Shown: piece after piece, positions 36,824 through 51,441 of the stretch
Layout: each line of letters begins with the position of its first letter
How positions within the stretch are numbered: position 1 is the stretch's first letter
From: Adineta vaga
Taxonomy: Eukaryota > Animalia > Rotifera
Assembly (NCBI GenBank): GCA_021613535.1
Contig: CP075495.1
Span: forward strand, 11,842,001 to 11,906,000
Direction of reading: 5' to 3'
DNA length: 64,000 nucleotides
Translations under genes and position numbers: made by a program
The notes under the pieces: model-generated
The model's input: only the letters and a program-made list of their open reading frames with translations
What the model was told of the DNA's origin: nothing
The model's database searches: none

Positions 36824-39800
36824 ATGCCTCTCAACAAGTATGTTATATTCTTTTCTTTTTGTTTGTCTTTCTCTGTTTTCTTAGCTAATATAGTACTCGA
36901 GACATATGTTTAATGCTGAAATGAGTAAAAATAAGTTTGTCTATTTTCATGCTTTGGATTAGGAACAGCAAAGACATGTATCACCATTGGAAGATCCAAA
37001 ATCTTGTTCACACAATTCATCATAATAATGTTGTTGAGAAAAAATAGATTTCGTATTGAAGTTATTAGGAATTGATTTGGAAAGTGAATGATATTTGTTT
37101 TTCTGATTTCTTATACCAACAGCTTGACGAAGCATACTGAGTAAATCAAATGCCGATATTGTTTGTAAAATACTGATAAAAATAAAACAAAGAACAAAGA
37201 TATAGATAAACAATCGCATAATCGAATAACTTAGTGAAAAAACAAATAATTTCATATAGAATACGAAAAAGGAAAATAAGCGCCTGTTATATTTAGAACT
37301 GATTCATGGTTTGCACGTATTAGTCAAGCATTAGGACGTGATAAAACACCAACAGCTGATGGTAAAGAAGATATTCGTTATGCCGTACGAAAAATTAATC
37401 AACATTTTGGCACCGGTATGTCATACTATCAGTCAGAGATGAATAATGATCATTATATGTATCTCTATAATTTGTTTTTCAGAAAAACCAAATAATGAAT
37501 TGGTTACAAAATATGCAAATGTTATTGTTGATCTTCTACTTTCTATGCACAACTGTTCAGATGATTTCGAATTAATAAGTCAAATATTAGTGCTTATAAG
37601 AGAAATACTCGATTGCGATAAGAGTATGTATTGGAAAGAACTACAAACAATCAAAATATCGTATATTGACTCTAACAGAATTAAATGAAGAATGAAAGAA
37701 ACAACTCTGATAGAGATAAATGATCTTGATTTTATGAATTATATTTTAGATTTCATGAGAAAGCTTAGCTCAGAATAGCAAGTCTCTTTTAATAAAGAGT
37801 CTCGATTAAATTTGAACTTATATTATTGATAGAGGTGCGAATAGATTCTCAGTTGCTATAGTATCATATACTTCAGAGAAAATCAGAAATATATAGACAA
37901 ATATTAGTAATTTGAGACTATAGATCCAACTGTTACAAATTATTCAAAATCAAGGCTTTCATTAGTCCCTCTATTTTGTTCTAAGGTAATGACTATTTTA
38001 TACATAAGTAGTTATATACATATTAAATTAAGTTTGATCAAATTCAAAAGATAGTTTCGAAGAACAAATATGTTGTGCTTATTGTTAAAAGTTATATTAT
38101 AATTTTCTTTTGAAGAAACACGACGACCATTGGTTAAAGCATTAATAAAAAATGATGTATGCAGTTTTTTACTACACAATCTACGTGCAGTTGCTGATGA
38201 TCGTGGTCTGGGACAAGATATTTCACTTCAAATTCATCAAATCCTAGCAGTTGTTGGTCATCATGGTACGTGATCTTTTCTTTAAATATCGTTCTTTCTC
38301 ATTAACTTTTGTTTTGTTTTTTAACCTTTTTAGACAAACGTCTTCCATTAAAAGCTCGTCTGTTTAAAACCATAGGATGTACCATTAATTTATTACGTAT
38401 ATACAGTTATAATGCTAAGATCGGTCCAGTCATTTTAACTATATTAAAACTCTATGCTAAGAATGGTATGTGATTTCTTTATCTTAATTAAAAGAAATTC
38501 TTGAATGAAATATTCATTCTTTTTTTTTCTAGCAATAACTGCTTCTGTGATATGTCGTGCTCAAGGTTTACAACCACTACTTCGTCTAGCACTGACACTT
38601 GATCGACGCCATGCTAAATTACAAAAATCTGCTATTACTGTTGTGCGATATCTTACACAAACAAGTAAGAGAAGAATTGAAATGAAGATAACAAAGATTA
38701 AAAACAAACAATATATTGATCTTTTAGAAAAATTAGCTGCTCGAGCAACGACGACTACTATTGTTCGTGATATATTAGCTATTGTATTTTTAATGGATAA
38801 ATCAGCAGGACCAAGTCGTGTACGATCAATTAAAATTAAAGAAAATCTTCTGAAAGTGCTCTTAAATTTAGTTAAATCAAGTATGAGACATCTGCTTATT
38901 TTCGATAGACTTTTAGTTGTATAAATCATTTAAACCTATTTAGAAACTGGCCGTCTTCAATTTTTAGAAGCAAACGGCTTTTATCTATTGCATGAATCAG
39001 CATTGAATGTTCTACAAAATGATAATTTTTCAACATTTCTTGATCTTTCTTGTCATATAATGTTACATTGTTGTCCAAAACAACAATTACCAATAGACAA
39101 TGTATTTAGTCCAGTACGATATGTTTTACCACAAGGTTATGAATATGTTGTTGCTAATGAATTATTTCTTGCTGGTATGAAGGAATTTGATCATTATCAA
39201 TATTATTTTCTATTATTTTTCTAAATGATTAGATTTAGATCCTAATTTGTATAAAGATTTTAATGATATGCGTGAAAAATCTGCATCAGCTCTTCCACCA
39301 AACGAAGGAAACTATAGTAACGAACAACGTCTTCGTCCAAAATCATCAACAACTTCCAATATCATAACACGAGTACCCTCAATATCGAAGTCGTCCACGG
39401 TTGCTGCATCTCGACCAAAATCAACGAAAGGAACAAGATCAGAAAAGAAGTCAGGTGAATCTCAAGGATTAACGAAGAAAAAATCAAGTTTAAATGAAAA
39501 TAAAGATCGACAAAGATCGACAATAGATGATCGTGATCTTGATGAAACAGAAGAGGAACTGGATGATGAAGGTAAATATCTATTGAATGTTCTTAACTGA
39601 AACGATGAGTTATTATGAAAGATTAAATTGCGTTCTAATCGTCTCATTTCTTCTTTTCTTTTTTTTTGATAGATAGCGGAAAATCAGACGAAGAAGATGA
39701 AGATGAAGAAGATGATGAAGATGGTCCATCTAATCGAGAAAATTTTACTAATTCATCTGTACCATTACCAAACGGTGAACCATCAATGGTAATCATTTTC

Positions 39801-42674
39801 AAGTAATCTGTAGAAAACTATACTCAATTCTCTTTTCTTTTAAGCGTGATACGATTGAATTGGCTGCATCCTATGATCAATTTTTTGATGAAATAGTTGA
39901 TCCAATTCATATGGTATGTATATATTATGTTGTTGTTTTTTATCATGTGTTATACATATTATTTTTTATAGCTTCGTTTAAAAATGGCACAAACTATTGT
40001 GGATTCACGAACGGAAAGTTTATTTGCACGATTATTTGGTAATACACTTCCATCATCATTGACACGTCTTACAGAACGATCAAGTTTTTGCTATTGGCGC
40101 ATGCCATCCGATTTATATTTTCAAACTTATTCGATTCATGCTAAATCTACACAGAGTGCCTATCGGTATAAATATTTCTAATTATTTCTACAACTGAATT
40201 CTGACAAAAGAAAAAATCAAATAAATAATGATTTCTATTTTGATAGATTTACGAAATTGGCATATCCAGACGCCTTCAATGGATTATCATATCCAAGATG
40301 TGAACCAATGCAAAAATCAGATGAACGAAGTATTCGGTAAGTTCAGTTAGAATGTCTATTACTCAAATGGAACATTTTTTTTTCATACATTTTAAGAACA
40401 ATATTACTTGGTGATATTCATCGAATTCTCTCTCCACCTTCGATTTTCCATCGAACTGTCTATGATTTTGATGCAGTTGTTAATCGATCTACAATAACAA
40501 GTTTGAGCAACGATGATGAACAAAGGTAGGTTTAAACTATACATTTGATATCCGATATATAATTTAATAATAGATGTCAAATGCGATCAACTGTTGATCA
40601 CCTTCTATTTGAATCTCAATTTGAAAGTAGTAATTTAAGAAAAGCCATTCAAGTAAAATTTGAAATCGATGTTCTATTCATGTGATGTGTCTGATTTATT
40701 TCATCATTGTTGCAGATTACAGAAGAAGAATATGATCTGATACTTCGACCTGATGTTAATACATCTCGCCATCATCAATGGTTTTATTTTGAAGTTTCAA
40801 ATATGCGACATAATTTAACGTACCGTTTTAATATTATTAATTTCGAAAAAATCAATAGTCAATTCAATGCTGGTATGCAACCAGTTATATTCAGTGTTCA
40901 TGATGCTCGAAATGGTAAACCATATTGGCGGCGAATTGGTGAAAAAGTTTCCTACTATAAAAATATATATGGTAGAAAGAAGAAAGTCTATTTTACATTA
41001 ACATTTAATATACGATTTCCATATGATAATGATATTTGTTACATTGCTTATCATTATCCGTACACATACACGACATTAAGGGTAAACACAATTGTTGAAT
41101 AAAATATTGACATGGTTTTCTTATGTTTTCTAAATTTAGACGGATTTAACAAATTGGTCAAATACATATGATCGATCAAATATTTATTTTCGTCAACAAG
41201 TACTTTGTAAAACATTATCTGGCAATGATTGTCCTCTATTAACAATAACTAGTTTATATAATGACGAAGAATTATATCAAGATGAAAAACAAACTATTCC
41301 AATACGTAAGGCTTCTAGGAGAATCTAATTTATAACTATTTGAACATTTAATACTGTAGAGGAAAGATCATATGTGGTATTAACAGCACGTGTTCATCCA
41401 GGTGAATCCAATGCATCATGGGTTATGAAAGGAATTATTGACTATTTACTAAGTGATGAACCAATAGCACGAATTTTACGAGATCGATACGTTTTTAAAG
41501 TACATTTAGTTTGCTTTAAATGATTGTATAAATATATATATATATATATATATATACATTTTGATCTTTTTAGATTGTTCCCATGCTCAATCCTGATGGT
41601 GTTATCAATGGATGGTAGGTTTCCGAATTATTCGAAGAAATCAATTTTGTAATTAAATGCTGATGAGTATGCTTTACTAAGACTAAAAGAAAACTAGATT
41701 TGACATTTCTTTGAATCGTAGTTTTCACTATGGTAACTATTAAGATATCTTCAGCATATCAATTCGAATAAAACATCAATATTCTACAAATAGAATTATA
41801 TTTCTTAGATATTTTGTTTCTCATTTAGTTCACGTTGTTCACTAGCTACGAAAGATCTCAATCGGCAATGGTCATCTCCAAATTCGATATTATTTCCAAC
41901 TATTTATCATACGAAAGGTTTAATAGCTTGCTTATCTATGTATTACTCTCGACCTATTTCAGTATGATATAAAAATAACTGACTTCATTATAGTTAACAT
42001 TTCTTTTGTTTATACTTTTCGTTTAGTTATTTTGTGATTTTCATGGTCATTCACGACAGAAAAATTTCTTCTTCTATGGTAATGATCCACGTCTTCATTT
42101 TCTTGGCCCATCGACTGATCGCTCAGCGATAACAAAATTGTTTCCAAAATTATTCACTGGTGTACCAGGTTTTGCATTACAAAGTTGTTTATTTACAATG
42201 CGAAAACAAAAAGAAGGTTGTGCTCGTATTGTTGTTTGGGATGAATTTAAAATCGATCTAGCTTATACAATGGAAGCAACATACAGTGGCTTTGATATTG
42301 GATTGTATAAAGTTTGTTTTATTATGAATAAAATGCGTTTCATATATACCAAGAATATTGTCTTAGGGTTTACAAATACAAATATCAACATTACAAGTTA
42401 TTGGACACGATTTCTGTCAAGTTTTGCTAAAACTTGCTGATCACGAATTGAAAACTGCTGAAGCTATTGTTCCATTTGAAGAATTATATATTACAAATGA
42501 TGGCTACACAAAAGAAAAACGGTAAATATTTAATTGTCTAGTTGTTTGATTATTGTTTTATTTTCTAGAGTCATTCATGATAATGAAAAGCATCGCAGTT
42601 CTTCAGCATCTTCCGCTTCATCCTCCTCATCCAGTAGTTCTTCATTATCATCGACGGATGGTGATCTTCAATGA
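36824..42674 (+). CDS. Cytosolic carboxypeptidase 1/4-like tubulin deglutamylase (M14D; AGTPBP1/AGBL1 family), many exons
   Basis: Helical N-terminal region and acidic linker, then [70 protein letters not shown]. The first micro-exon ATG CCT CTC AAC AA|gtatgt (36824-36837) is phase-compatible with the exon at 37297; this start is less certain than the rest. Confidence 0.9.
36959..37219 (-). CDS. Small secreted protein with Cys-rich C-terminus, nested antisense in CCP intron 1
   Basis: 86-aa ORF with a clear signal peptide ([24 protein letters not shown]), ending [23 protein letters not shown] lies about 45 nt downstream on the minus strand. Confidence 0.65.
   Translation of the reverse strand: MRLFIYIFVLCFIFISILQTISAFDLLSMLRQAVGIRNQKNKYHSLSKSIPNNFNTKSIFSQQHYYDELCEQDFGSSNGDTCLCCS
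41532..41556. repeat. (TA)n microsatellite, intronic
   Basis: Visible TA run within a CCP intron. Confidence 0.85.
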
Positions 42675-45034
42675 AGAAAATGACATAACGAAAAAAAGTG
42701 CCTCATACTAGCTTTTGCTTCTGTTGCTCAATTGTCTTAAAATAAAAATGTTCAGTCACTCATGCTTGTGTTCCATTTTAGTTGCATGTACATTAATAAA
42801 AATATCATGAGCACAAATTATTTTAGAACTATTCGAACTTTTTCAAATGAAAACAAGAGAATCAACAACAACAACAATAGAGACACATGAAATTTGTATA
42901 TCTACGAAAAGTGTTGTCATTGAAGTGTATAAGAACAAAAAAACCAACATCCACTAAACACAAAATAAAGTAGCTCTTTGAGAATTGAACCGATTAAAAA
43001 GATTACTTATGGATAATTTTATCGGATGTAGCATAGAATAATAGATTTAATTTATCATAGACTCATCGTTTTCATGCTAGGACTAACTATATATAATTTT
43101 TATCATACTAATATCAGAATAAATTGTATTGAAACATGAAAATATTCCCCGTAGATTTTGATGAGCTGCAAAATTAATATATCTATAACATGTGATCGAA
43201 CCGCTACGTCGATTCATTGTTTGTCACCCTTCTACACTTATACCATTGCATTGATAAAAATCGTACGCAAACTTTTTTTTCCATACTTAATGATATTAAA
43301 TTTGTTTCGTTGATTGAAACTTTTGCTATCCAGTTATTCTTATAAAACTCAATTTAGTTCATGCATCTAGTGATTGGTTCAAAAGAAAATCTTTCTAAAT
43401 GAGTACATTCAAAACTAAGAGTAAACAGTAAGTTTTATCCTGTAGAATCACTTGTTTCTTCTAGTTGTCTATTGTAGACCAATTCAAGAACTTAACTCAA
43501 ACGTGAGTTTGTGTTTGGAATAATATAGAAAATCTATTTATCTTTCTGCTATAGATTATTTTGAAAACCAATGTTAAAAGTAAGTTTCGTGTTTTATATA
43601 AAGTAAAATTTGTGTGTTTGTTGTCTTCTATAGTTCAACCAAAAAGTGAGAATTATTACTGACTTGAATCTACAGTAAGTAGAGAAAGGCTTAGTGTAAA
43701 TGATCGTACGCACAACACAAAAATACTTTCTGCAAAATCTTTGTTTCAATTATTTCGAAGAGGTTTAGTATCAAACCGAAAAAGGATCGTCACATGTATC
43801 GTAGGAAAGAACCATTCTTGTTAGAGTGTAGTATGAATGCCTACTTTGCAATAGATTTCATTTGAAACGTGTCTCATAAATAGGGGAAAAAATGACGTTC
43901 ATTATTTTGATCTCAACTCTTTTTTAACATCCAAACCTTTATATTTACTTGAAATAAATGTTTTCTTTTATATCATCAAAGTTAGTAGTGTTCTATAAAT
44001 TATGTGATAAACAAAGAATAACAATCTAAAAAATTTAACTTTGTAGTTTACATAAGTTTGGAAATTACTTTGTACTAATTATAATTGTCCAATAAGATTG
44101 AGAAACAATTCTCTTCTATTTAAATGACTGTTGTATTTCCTTTTGATGTAGGTACAATGCCAAGTCAAATGTATACACTGATAAAATAATTGTCACATGG
44201 TTTTCGGATCGATCGTTGTTCAGATTGTATAGAGAAAAATATTCATACTAATATAAATTTAAATCATTTGAATTCTTTTCGTTTTGTTTTCATTTCTGTT
44301 AGACGCGAAACCAAATGACAATTAATGAATAGTGTAAATTACAGATCAAAATTCATCGAATAAAATATTGAACAAAACAAATCTTTTAACGTCAAACTTG
44401 AGTCTTAAATACGAGAAACCGATTTATAATTTATTTGTTCATCAACTGGATATTGACCCTTATGTTCCTTGCATGAAAAACTGGCTTCTCATACATTCTC
44501 ATTGAACACAGATAGTTGAAGCTATTTTCTGTATTTAATTCATCTAGCATTATCTTTCACCTTACTCTTTTTATTCGTTTCGAAAAGATACAGTTGTAAC
44601 GAAATCATCTTAGTTTGATTCGATCGATTAAAGTGACAGTCAACCTGTTTTTATGAGAAACTTAGAATCAATAAGTTATTTCTGTGTATGTGTAGTAGTT
44701 CATCGATCACTCGTATAACAAGTTGTACGTGATTTGGTTCACTTTTTTTTAAAACTTTCAATGAGATATTACATTAATGTTGTTTTATTGCGATAATTTT
44801 TAAATTATATAAGACAAAGATCATTCTTCGTACTGATATACATATACACGTACATAGATAGACAGACAGATACCTCAGAACCGGGAATGTGAAAAGGATA
44901 AAAGAGAAAGATAATCTATCGAAGAAAAGAAAAGCAGTCAAATTATCACAGTTAATGTAAAAGAGAAAAAAACATATTTGCCTAAGAACAGAAGTCATTC
45001 ACGAAAAAATTACACTGTACAAGCAAAGATCTTT

Positions 45035-48000
45035 TTAAGCTACATAAACATATTCCGATATATTTGTTTCAGACCTTGCCATATATCGATGATCAATTAA
45101 CCATTCTATCATTTCTTTAATTAACTTTTTCGATGGTACAAACATATTCTTCAATATTTCAATTAATTCCGTTTGTAATTGAGCATTATTCAAACGTTGT
45201 CGAGTTTTCATTATTTGTACAATTGCTTCTTTCGTTCGTTCACCACGCAAAAACATAATTTCTTCATTTTCTTCTTCGCGTCCTTTTTCTGTATTTAATT
45301 GAAGTCGTTGAATCATATTAATATGACCACGTGTCTGTATTTTACCAGCACGAATTACTGTAAAATCATAATTAATCCAAAATAAAGTTGCTTCATTTAA
45401 ATCTTGATGAGATTGAACATGTGGTTCATAACATATTAATTGTTGTTTCAGTTTTGCAAACGATACCAGTGACCATAGAGTTTTCTTTAATTCAGTTTCA
45501 GGAATATTTGTTGCCAATTTCAGTTCGCTAAATGTTAATTTATTCACTGGTCGATGATTCCAAGCGAAAAGTACAGATGCTTGCAATGTTGATACATCCA
45601 AATCATATCTACCACTTTTCGATGTAAATGTTAACTAAAAATCGAACGAATATTAGTTTTCTATTTCTTGTTTTCTTTTAGCTTTCCTTAAAAAATATTT
45701 CTCTTTCATTATTTACCTGTCCATTTGATACTGTATGATACCAAGTTAATTTTCTTCCCGAATGTTTTTTCTTATAGAATTCTTCTATTTCTGGTAGAAC
45801 ATCTTCAATCTGCGCTGGTAATGAAACATCAATTTTATCACCTGGATGTGGCCATGCTGCAGCACTGAGAATTTTAAATGAAAATGAATCTAAATCAAAA
45901 AATGAAGATAAATAATATTTGCAAAACAAAACCAAAACTTGATTTTTCTTCTTACCCATCATTGTATTATTATTGCGTGACGATGGACATACGGTTCGAA
46001 ATTCTTCATTCATATCACGATTTAATTTCAGATCTTTAAACATCTGTTGTAATTTTAGAATAAATTCAGCTGGCATTCCAACATCCTAGAAAAATTTATA
46101 TTAATCCATTCAATTTGAATAAATACGATTCTAATGCCTTTAATACTAATGCTCGAAATAATAGTAGTCCGTTAGGATTATAGATAAGTATTAGATGCAT
46201 GAAAGAGAATAAAATTTAAGTCACGAACAGCGATAGATCACGCAAAATATTCATGATATCGTGTCATTTAAACCTAATAAAACTACCATTTTGAACTAAA
46301 TTTTATTTCTATCATCTTCAAAAATAATCTAAATCAATATTAACACTGATTGATGCGAAAAGATCACTCAAACCTTTATATTAAATCTACGAAAATGATG
46401 AATATGAGAACATTACGCTTACTCTTAGTTGAATGCAATGCTTTCTTCAAGTTCATTATCAATCGATGTATCCAAAATAAGACGACGTGTTAGCGATCCT
46501 TTATAAAATCGCATGAAAACATCTTTATTTTGTACATATTTCAACAGTAATAACTAAAAATTAAAACAAATATAACATTCAATGAAAACAACAAACAAAG
46601 AATTTATTTGACATACTACGTCTTTGATTTTAGTTTCAATTTCTTCTGATGAATATTTTTTATGTGTCGATGTACCTTTACGTAAAAGTATATCACAATA
46701 TTGTGCTAATAATTCAGGACAACGTGATTCGGCAAGAGTTGTTCGCGTTGCACTAAAAACGAAATTTATTTAAATTCTATGTAAACTTTTCTTCATGTCA
46801 TCTTACCCTCGTGTAGCACGAGCTGGCATATCAAGTTGAAAGACAGAAATATCATTAATTATTTTTTGAAAAGCTATTCAAATGAAAATATATTCATCTT
46901 TCTATAAAATCGAACACATTAAAATTACCTTTATCTCTCGATGTAAGAAATCTGGGATCATTTGAAAAAGCATCACGAACTAAATTCGAAAATTGTCGAT
47001 AAAGGTCTAGTAGTTGTTGAACATAACTTTCTGAATCCTAATTGAAAAAAGAGAAATTAATTTTCTTGTTGAATAACAAAAAACAAACTTGTCTGATTGT
47101 ATCTTTGTTTTTTAACATATTATCTAAACCTTGCTTAACAATAAATGTTTCAAGAGCTTGTGTTAATGAACTTATATCCCCTGTATGATCAAGTAATGTA
47201 AATACAAGACGTAAACCTTCAAAAAAATGAGAATGTTAAATTCAGTTGAAATACAATCTTTCTTTCTTTCTTACGTTCGATATCATTATTTTCAATCAAA
47301 TTGGGACATTCATTTGTGATTTGTCACGAAATTCTGTGACAAAGACATCAACACATCGACGAATTAATAGTGGAACACTATTACATTCTGTAACGGATTC
47401 TAAATAACGTCTAGCACGTTTTTCTTCTTCCTAAGAAAGAAAAAAACATAAATGAAATATTTTGTTTAATTTGAGAAATCAATTACTTTTAATTTTTGAT
47501 CAGCATAATGAAGGTAAGCAAGTATTCCATGTTCAGCAAGATATTGACCCGTTTTTTGTTTATAAAATCGTGTTGTTTCATTTAGATAAGCACGTTCAAA
47601 ATTTTCAATATACACTTTATATTTTTCTTTTTCATCAGTTTTCAAACTAACTAAAAGTAAACATAGAAATTCTTTTTAAACGACTATCTTTATTTACGCA
47701 ATTAATCTAACAAAAATAAACAAAATATCTAACTGTGCAACTATCAGTTCGAAAGACAATTCTCAATGAGATATATAATCGCGAAAGGGATATTAGATTT
47801 CTGTTTAGAATAGAAAAAGAAAAGGATGTTTTTATTACCATAGGAATCTCGAACACCGATAACTAATTGAGAATCGAACGATTCACCATTTCGTTCTGCT
47901 TGTACTAATTTCATTGCACTATTCTAAAAAAAAAGATGTATAATATTCATTGATTTCGTTGTTTTTTTTCTTTAGATCAAAAAATAGAATTACTTGAAGA

Positions 48001-49064
48001 CGATGTTTTATATCTTTAAATATATTATTATTCCATGATTCAAGCATTAATTGTCGAACTTGATCTGTACTACGTGTCGTTTTTTCTGAACTAGATGCTG
48101 AATTAGAAGAAGCATTTCCAGTAGGATTTGTTTCAATTCGAACGAATGGTTTAGGTAAATATTCGCATTGTTCATAAAATTTCGACCATTCCTGTATATA
48201 AGCTTTGAGAAGGCTAGATTAAATAAATGATTGATTGATTGAAAGTCTATGTATAAAAAATGTTTACAAATACATACGCAGAATCTTCGTCATGTCTTAG
48301 AACACGCTAGAATAAGTAAGATACATAATTAATTGACAATAATCGATTGTATAAAAGATTAGAAGAATAAAAAAGATCAAGGTAATATATCTTGTTTACA
48401 AGTATTTGAAAATAATCGGTTTGAATTATTTATATCAATGCCTGAACTTAATATGATATTTTAAATCTCCGAATAGAAACTTTTTTGTCGTCAGCTATCG
48501 AAATATTCTCAGTTTTAACTTCTATAGATGTTTGACCTCTTTGAATCTGTAAACAAATGAGACTCAAGACAATTATCAAAATAAATCAAGACATGCATTC
48601 GTAACTCTTCAATAGTTTCTTTCGATATTTCTAACTACAAGCGGAACTTTGACGATTATTTGATTTTCTACATAATATGTATGCAAAGATCATATTCAAT
48701 ATATCTTAATTCAAAATCTAATCTTTTTACTTCTTGTGCTTGTTTAATATGTCGAGTAATTTCATTTGTTAATTCTGCGAATATTTCCGGTATACTTGTT
48801 GGATACCAAGTTGATACACTATAGACATCACTGAAAGAACAGAAAAACATCTGGATTTTAATTGAAAATTGAATTTTTCGATAGATATACGTGAATAAAT
48901 TCTGCCATTCTACTTGAGAAGTTGGTTCTTGTCGAAGAATTTTCAATACAACACGTTTCATTTGAGGCCATCGATCTTGAAATGTTGTAGGATGATTCTG
49001 TTTTAAAAAAGACAAGTATTCATTCGAACTATTCAAAGATTTATTTCATTTCATAGCTCACCAT
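45035..49064 (-). CDS. CUL5: Cullin-5 (many exons; two 1-nt frameshifts in this sequence)
   Basis: First exon is ATG|gtgagc only. FQDRWPQMKRVVLKILRQE, GESFDSQLVIGVRDSY, AESRCPELLAQYCDILLRK, LKYVQNKDVFMRF, HSGRKLTW, neddylation region ERTKEAIVQIMKTR, NMFVPSKKLIKEMIEWLI. Confidence 0.95.
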
Positions 49065-49315
49065 AATTATTAGCAAAAAAAGAAAAAAATCGATCGTAAA
49101 AACAACAATAAGAAGATATGATGAATCAATTCAGGTCATTCTGATTTGTTGAAAACTTCTAAGCCAATCCAATTAATCTAGTTTGCGTTACTATCAATGT
49201 TAACATATCGTATATAATTAGATGAAGCCATATAGATATTCAACAACATCTCTTCTTCTTTTTTTTCTTCATTCAAATTGTTTTTTTCTCTTTTACTATT
49301 TCACATATAATAATC
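49065..49315. promoter_or_regulatory. Compact bidirectional promoter between CUL5 and IMPDH
   Basis: Only 251 bp separate the divergent ATGs, with tandem CCAAT (agccaatccaatt) at about 49162. Confidence 0.6.
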
Positions 49316-51441
49316 ATGTTCGAAAATGAGAATATCGAAGAAAATTTATCTGATGGTTTGACAATCAAAGAATTATTTCAAAATCATGACGGATTAACCT
49401 ATAATGATTTTATTGTTTTACCTGGTTATATTGATTTTTCATCAGAAAATGTTTCACTTACGTCAAAACTTACAAAAACAATTACGATTAAAACACCATT
49501 TGTCTCAAGTCCTATGGATACTGTGTCAGAATCAACAATGGCTAGTAAGCTAAAAAAACAGAAATTGATTTACAAATGAACAAATATCGAAAATTTTCTG
49601 TCACTTTTTTTTTAAAGTTGCAATGGCACTCAATGGTGGAATCGGTATCATTCATCATAATTGTTCTATTGACTATCAAGTTAGTGAAGTACGACGAGTT
49701 AAACGTTATGAACAAGGTTTTATCACCGATCCATTAATTTTATCACCAACACATACAGTAGCAGATATTTATACGATTAAAAATATGCATGGATTTTCTG
49801 GTTAGAAAATTCTTTTTCTTCATTCTTTTTCCAAGAACTCTTATTTTCTGTTGATTAAATAGGTATACCTGTAACTGAAAATGGAAAAATTAATAGCAAA
49901 TTATTAGGTTTAATCACATTTCGTGATATTGACTTTTTAAATAAAGACCAATGGTCAATGACACCAGTTAGTCAAGTTATGACACCAATTGATGATTTAA
50001 TTACAGCAAAAAATGATTTAACTCTTAGAGATGCATATGTAATTTTACAACGAAGTAAAAAAGGTTCGTTGAATAGTGAAATTTTCTTATTTCAAAGATT
50101 TCTTTTCCGATTAATAAAGAAAACCTTAAAATTTCGGTTTTCTCCACAAATATATATGAAAAAGTCTTCCAATAATTATGAATTGTAATAGAAAAGAACA
50201 ATAACAATAAAGTTTCTTTTATGCATATTCTAATTTAATTAATTTTTCTAGGGAAATTACCAATTATAGATTCAGACGGTAATCTTGTATCATTAATAGC
50301 TCGGACAGATTTAGAGAAAAATCGTGATTATCCATTAGCATCAAAAGATAGTCGTCGACAATTATTATGCGGAGCTGCCATTGGTACACGAAAAGAAGAT
50401 GAAAAACGGCTCGAAGCACTTGCACAAGCAGATGTTGATGTTGTTGTTCTCGATTCGTCACAAGGAAATTCAATTTATCAAATTGAAATGATTAAACATA
50501 TTAAGCAAACTTATCCAAATCTACAGGTTATTGCAGGCAATGTTGTTACAAGAGCACAAGCGAAAAATTTGATTGATGCTGGTGCGGATGCTTTACGTGT
50601 TGGTATGGGAAGTGGATCAATATGTATTACACAAGAAGTTATGGCTGTTGGACGAGCACAAGCAACAGCTGTTTATACAGTTGCTGAATATGCTCATCAA
50701 CACGATATACCTGTTATTGCTGATGGAGGTATTTCATGTGTAGGACATATTGTTAAAGCATTAACATTAGGTGCAGATTGTGTTATGATGGGATCATTAT
50801 TAGCTGGTACACATGAAGCACCTGGAGAATATTATTATCAAGATGGTGTAAGACTTAAAAAATGTAAGTTGATGAAAAATAGGATGAAACTTTTTTTTCT
50901 AAAGAATTTCTCCAATGTTTAGTTAATATTGAGGTAAACTATTTTGAATGATTGTTGGTTATTTTAACAATGGTATATTAATATATAAAACTAATCAGTC
51001 TAATCAGAGATTAATATATATATATATAGAATTGAAATGATAGTTTTTGCTTGATTTGCTCAAGAGAATTCTAAACCATTCTTAGACAAAGAAACTCTAT
51101 ATTTATATCATTTTATAGACCGTGGTATGGGAAGTCTTGATGCTATGAATGCTTGTCAAGAATTATCTGCTGCAAGTCGATATTATTCCGAAGCAGATCA
51201 TATTAAAGTTGCTCAAGGTGTTTCCGGTAGTGTCGTTGACAAAGGTAGTGTTCATCGATTCATTGGTGGTTATTTATACACAGGTATACAAAAATCTCTT
51301 CAAGATATTGGTTGTCAATCACTTACACGATTACATCAAGAATCAAAGCAAGGTCTAATCCGAGTTGAAAAACGTACAGCATCCGCACAGGTTGAAGGTG
51401 GTGTACATAATTTACATTCATTTGAAAAACGTCTTTTTTAA
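49316..51441 (+). CDS. IMPDH: Inosine-5'-monophosphate dehydrogenase (multi-exon)
   Basis: [26 protein letters not shown] pair, LDSSQGNS, catalytic loop [43 protein letters not shown]. Confidence 0.97.

Noticed and set aside
37920-37990. Possible cassette exon in a long CCP intron
   Set aside because: Its phases (1 to 0) do not fit; the flanking exons join in frame without it.
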